Assembly: GCA_030704615.1 (NCBI GenBank) | Contig: CM060733.1 | Location: 50,592,001 to 50,656,000 of the forward strand | Origin: Takakia lepidozioides | Taxonomy: Eukaryota; Plantae; Bryophyta | Reading direction: 5' to 3' | DNA length: 64,000 nt | Notes under the pieces: model-generated | Told to the model about the DNA's origin: nothing | Databases searched by the model: none | The model's input: the letters and a program-made list of their open reading frames with translations, nothing else | Translations under genes and position numbers: made by a program | Shown here: piece by piece, positions 61,116 through 64,000 of the stretch | Layout of the letters: each line of letters starts with the position of its first letter | Position numbering within the stretch: position 1 is the first letter of the stretch

Positions 61116-64000
61116 GGGGGCTGCTATTTCATGAGCGGCATGAGCATGAGCGGCATGAGCATGAGCGGAAAAAAAAAAAGCATGAGCAGACCATTGTCAG
61201 TCCACGGAAATAGGGTTAGGAGGCACGGAAATAGGGTCATGTGAAGTTGGAATGTGGCACCAGTGGACTTAAAATGCAACATTTTATTGCAAATTTTGTG
61301 GCAAGCCACGTCTATACAAGTGTGTTCTAACTGTCATAGCCGGAATGGGCACTACTCTCCTACACCCTCCGAGGAACTTGCCCCACCTTCTTCCTCATCC
61401 CCCTCATCCCCCTCATCCTCCGAGCTCTGTGATGCATCAGTTCCACTATGCCTCTCAAAAATCCCGTCCTCTCCTTGGGGGACTGTCCACCTCACCTCCT
61501 GGGAATCTTCTGCGTCTTCTCCCCCACTTTCCTCAGCAGAATCCAACACAAATCTACGAGCCCGACGGGCTCTAATAGCTGCTGCCTCCTCCCTCATCTT
61601 CATTTTCTTGAGGCTTGCCTCGTCTAAAATCTGCTGTACACGACTACGTTCGGAACACCTCCTAATGGACACCGAAGCAAGCCGGGCAGCATAAGTAGGC
61701 AGGATGTACTCCCTTTCTGGACTAGGCATGAAATCTCCCCTGGCAAAAAAAGGCACGTTCCTCCTGCCCATGAACTCCGGTGTAGACGTCCCTCCGGCAG
61801 TACTTGGCATCCTACAGTAAGAACAAATCCACTTGAAGAATGTCAATACCAGCACAACCAGAAAGGGTTTTCAATGAAATAAGAGAGCGGAGGGAGGTGC
61901 CTCACAAAATCTGGAGGCAACTTACAATGCCACCACTCACTCGTAAACCGGGGGCTCCTCGGCCTCGATCCCAACTTCCTCCCCCTGCTCCTTCTCGGAT
62001 TTTTCCTCATCCTCCGAGGATGCCTCTTCCTCTTTCGGCAGACGTTCAGCCGCTGCAAGTTCCGAGTTGTGGAGGGCAGTATCTGGCTCGAAGGCGAACA
62101 CATGCCTGTCGGACAACGTCCCTGCCCACATTGAAGCACCTGAGGAACAAAGCGGGCGGTTAATAGCTTGCGGCATGCAATTGCAATGGGGCCAGGGGAC
62201 AAACTGAGCACGTGAAGGCTTACCCGTGCCGCATGTGAGGTCCAGAATCCGCCCTTGGACATCCGAGCACGTCTCCATGAGGGTTTGGATGAAAGCAGGG
62301 CTTCGGGTCCGGCTGTACCGCCACGGTTTGCCTGTCTTTGTGTCCTTCGGCATACTAGAGTGGGGCACATAGTTGTAGAGGACATCGTAGGTTACAGGGT
62401 CCACAGCGGCATCAACAAGACGACCGTCGTTGCGGAATTTGAACGTAGACCCTCTCTTCACAAAGCAATATGCCTCAAACACCAATGTCTGCACATCCAA
62501 CAAAGAAGGGATCAATTCCAGGGTCTACTTAACATACACCACAATATGAAGTGAATGCAATAGATTGATAACTTACACTTTGGCCCTCTGTTCGCAACCC
62601 CTGCGTACTGATGCAGAACCATTTTCTGAGGAGGACCGGGGTGACACTTTTCGGTGTCCACCTTGCCACCGCATTCTCTGTGGTCTTCCCTCTCGTGGCA
62701 AGGACAACCACACATCCACCGTCATCCAGAAGCATCCCCGCCAGCCCAAACCCGGCTTTCCAGTAGTCCTCAGTAAACCTGTTCCAGGTGGGCACACCAT
62801 CCAGGCCCTCCAGCAGCTCCCCATCTGGAATGTCGAGGAGAATCATGTCGCAAGCTCTCTCCACCTCAACCCCCCCCCGAGTGCTCTTGCAATTCGTGCT
62901 CACAGCCGTGAAGAATTCCATCATGGCTTCAAAACCAGGGGTGTCTTTAGGCTCTGTACCGGCAGCCCTCTTCTTGGCTTTCCCCTTCTGCTCCGCCAGA
63001 GACTTGTTGTGTGCCACCTTCTTCGCCCTGGCAGCGAGAGCGTCAAGGAAGCTCTCATTGACGCATTGGATGATGGTTGGAGGTTCTAGCTTTGGCCTGT
63101 GCGTAAACGTCACCGCCGAATACCGCCGTGTAGGCTCGCCCTCAAATGCCAACTTCTTGGCAGAGCCAGTCCCACTCCGAACTGACTTGGGAACCCGGAC
63201 GACCGGTGACTGGGTAGGAGCAACAGCAGTCGCAGGACCTTGAACAAAATCGGCGTCGGAGTCACTCTCTTGGGTCCCCTCCTGCGCCTCCTCCGATGCC
63301 CCGATGGTTTTCTTCTTTTTGGGTGTTACTGCAGTCACCTGTTTCCTTGTCCTTTTCCTTTGACCTTTACTCTTCTCATGCAATTTCTCCTGAATTCCTG
63401 CCTGAGCAAGCTCTGCCGCTTTCCTGGAGTTCGCAAGCGCTTTTGCCTCTTTTGCACCCAACGGAGGCAGCGGAGCCCGGTTTCGTCGGAATTCAGCATC
63501 CAGCTTCAATTGAAACTCGGATGGGTCGAGCGAGCCGGGCGGAAGGTCCACATACCAAGGGCAATCACGCAAATGTTCCAGATGCCACTCCTTCACAATA
63601 TCGTCAGTGTACATGGAGTCAGCCCCAGGGTTCCTCCATGCCAGGAAGAATGGTGGCTCGAAAGACAGATGACCTTTCTCCAAAAGCGAGAACTTACAGT
63701 ACCTGCATTCATGAAAAACCCAATGAGGTCCGAAAATGGCTAACTCCCTGAACGGCAATAGGGCCTACAACTGGAATATGGCGCCGAATTTCCACTTCAG
63801 GGCCACCCAGTGTAGGGACTTAGCCCGAAAATGGCTAAGTCCCTGGACGGCAATAGGGCCTAGAACTGGAAACGGCGCCGAATTTCCAGTTCCGGGCCAG
63901 CCACCCTAGGGACTTAGACCGAAAATGGCTAAGTCCCTGGACGGCAATAGGGCCTGGAACTGGAATATGGCGCCGAATTTCCAGTTCCGGGCCAGCCACT
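61116..64000 (-). mobile_element. MULE-ParB-MTase family copy 4 (MTase-side end; runs off the window)
   Basis: TIR GGGGGCTGCTATTTCATGAGC at 61116; 61927-63740 is a near-identical reverse complement of 25640-27424; 95-bp array at 63725-64000. Confidence 0.9.
61352..63702 (-). CDS. Apparently intact last exons of the ParB-MTase gene: beta-class amino-methyltransferase domain and acidic tail
   Basis: Open exons ~63702-62578, ~62489-62224, ~62140-61941, ~61812-61352; DMILLDIPDG...LLDDGGCVVV...ILDLTCGTG; GT-AG junctions appear to keep frame (VYE|MPSTAGG). Confidence 0.75.

Overview
Repeat-dense eukaryotic DNA, most likely from a non-seed land plant (spliceosomal introns, PLS-type PPR and NLR-type LRR fragments, chromovirus, CACTA; bryophyte/lycophyte is a guess). 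It holds two probable host genes at the left end (a DnaJ-type zinc-finger gene 3' end and a linker-histone-domain gene with an Arg/Ser-rich tail). The rest is nested transposons and pseudogenes. The main signal is four partial copies (15050-27424, 39743-41190, 48501-58010, 61116->64000) of one large Mutator-like DNA transposon with 21-bp TIRs (GAGGTTTGCTATTTCATGAGC). It carries two divergent genes. One is a GCM-like/MULE-DDE/SWIM transposase. The other is a spliced gene fusing a ParB/Srx-like domain to a beta-class N4C/N6A-type DNA methyltransferase domain, a prokaryotic/phage-type architecture. The element's non-coding parts contain dozens of copies of a palindrome (core TTCGGCGCCGAA, up to 30 bp perfect) that could act as a parS-like site. 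Three clean inversions (6.2 kb, 0.2 kb, 2.2 kb) break TE genes. All domain calls are by-eye motif recognition; no database search was run.
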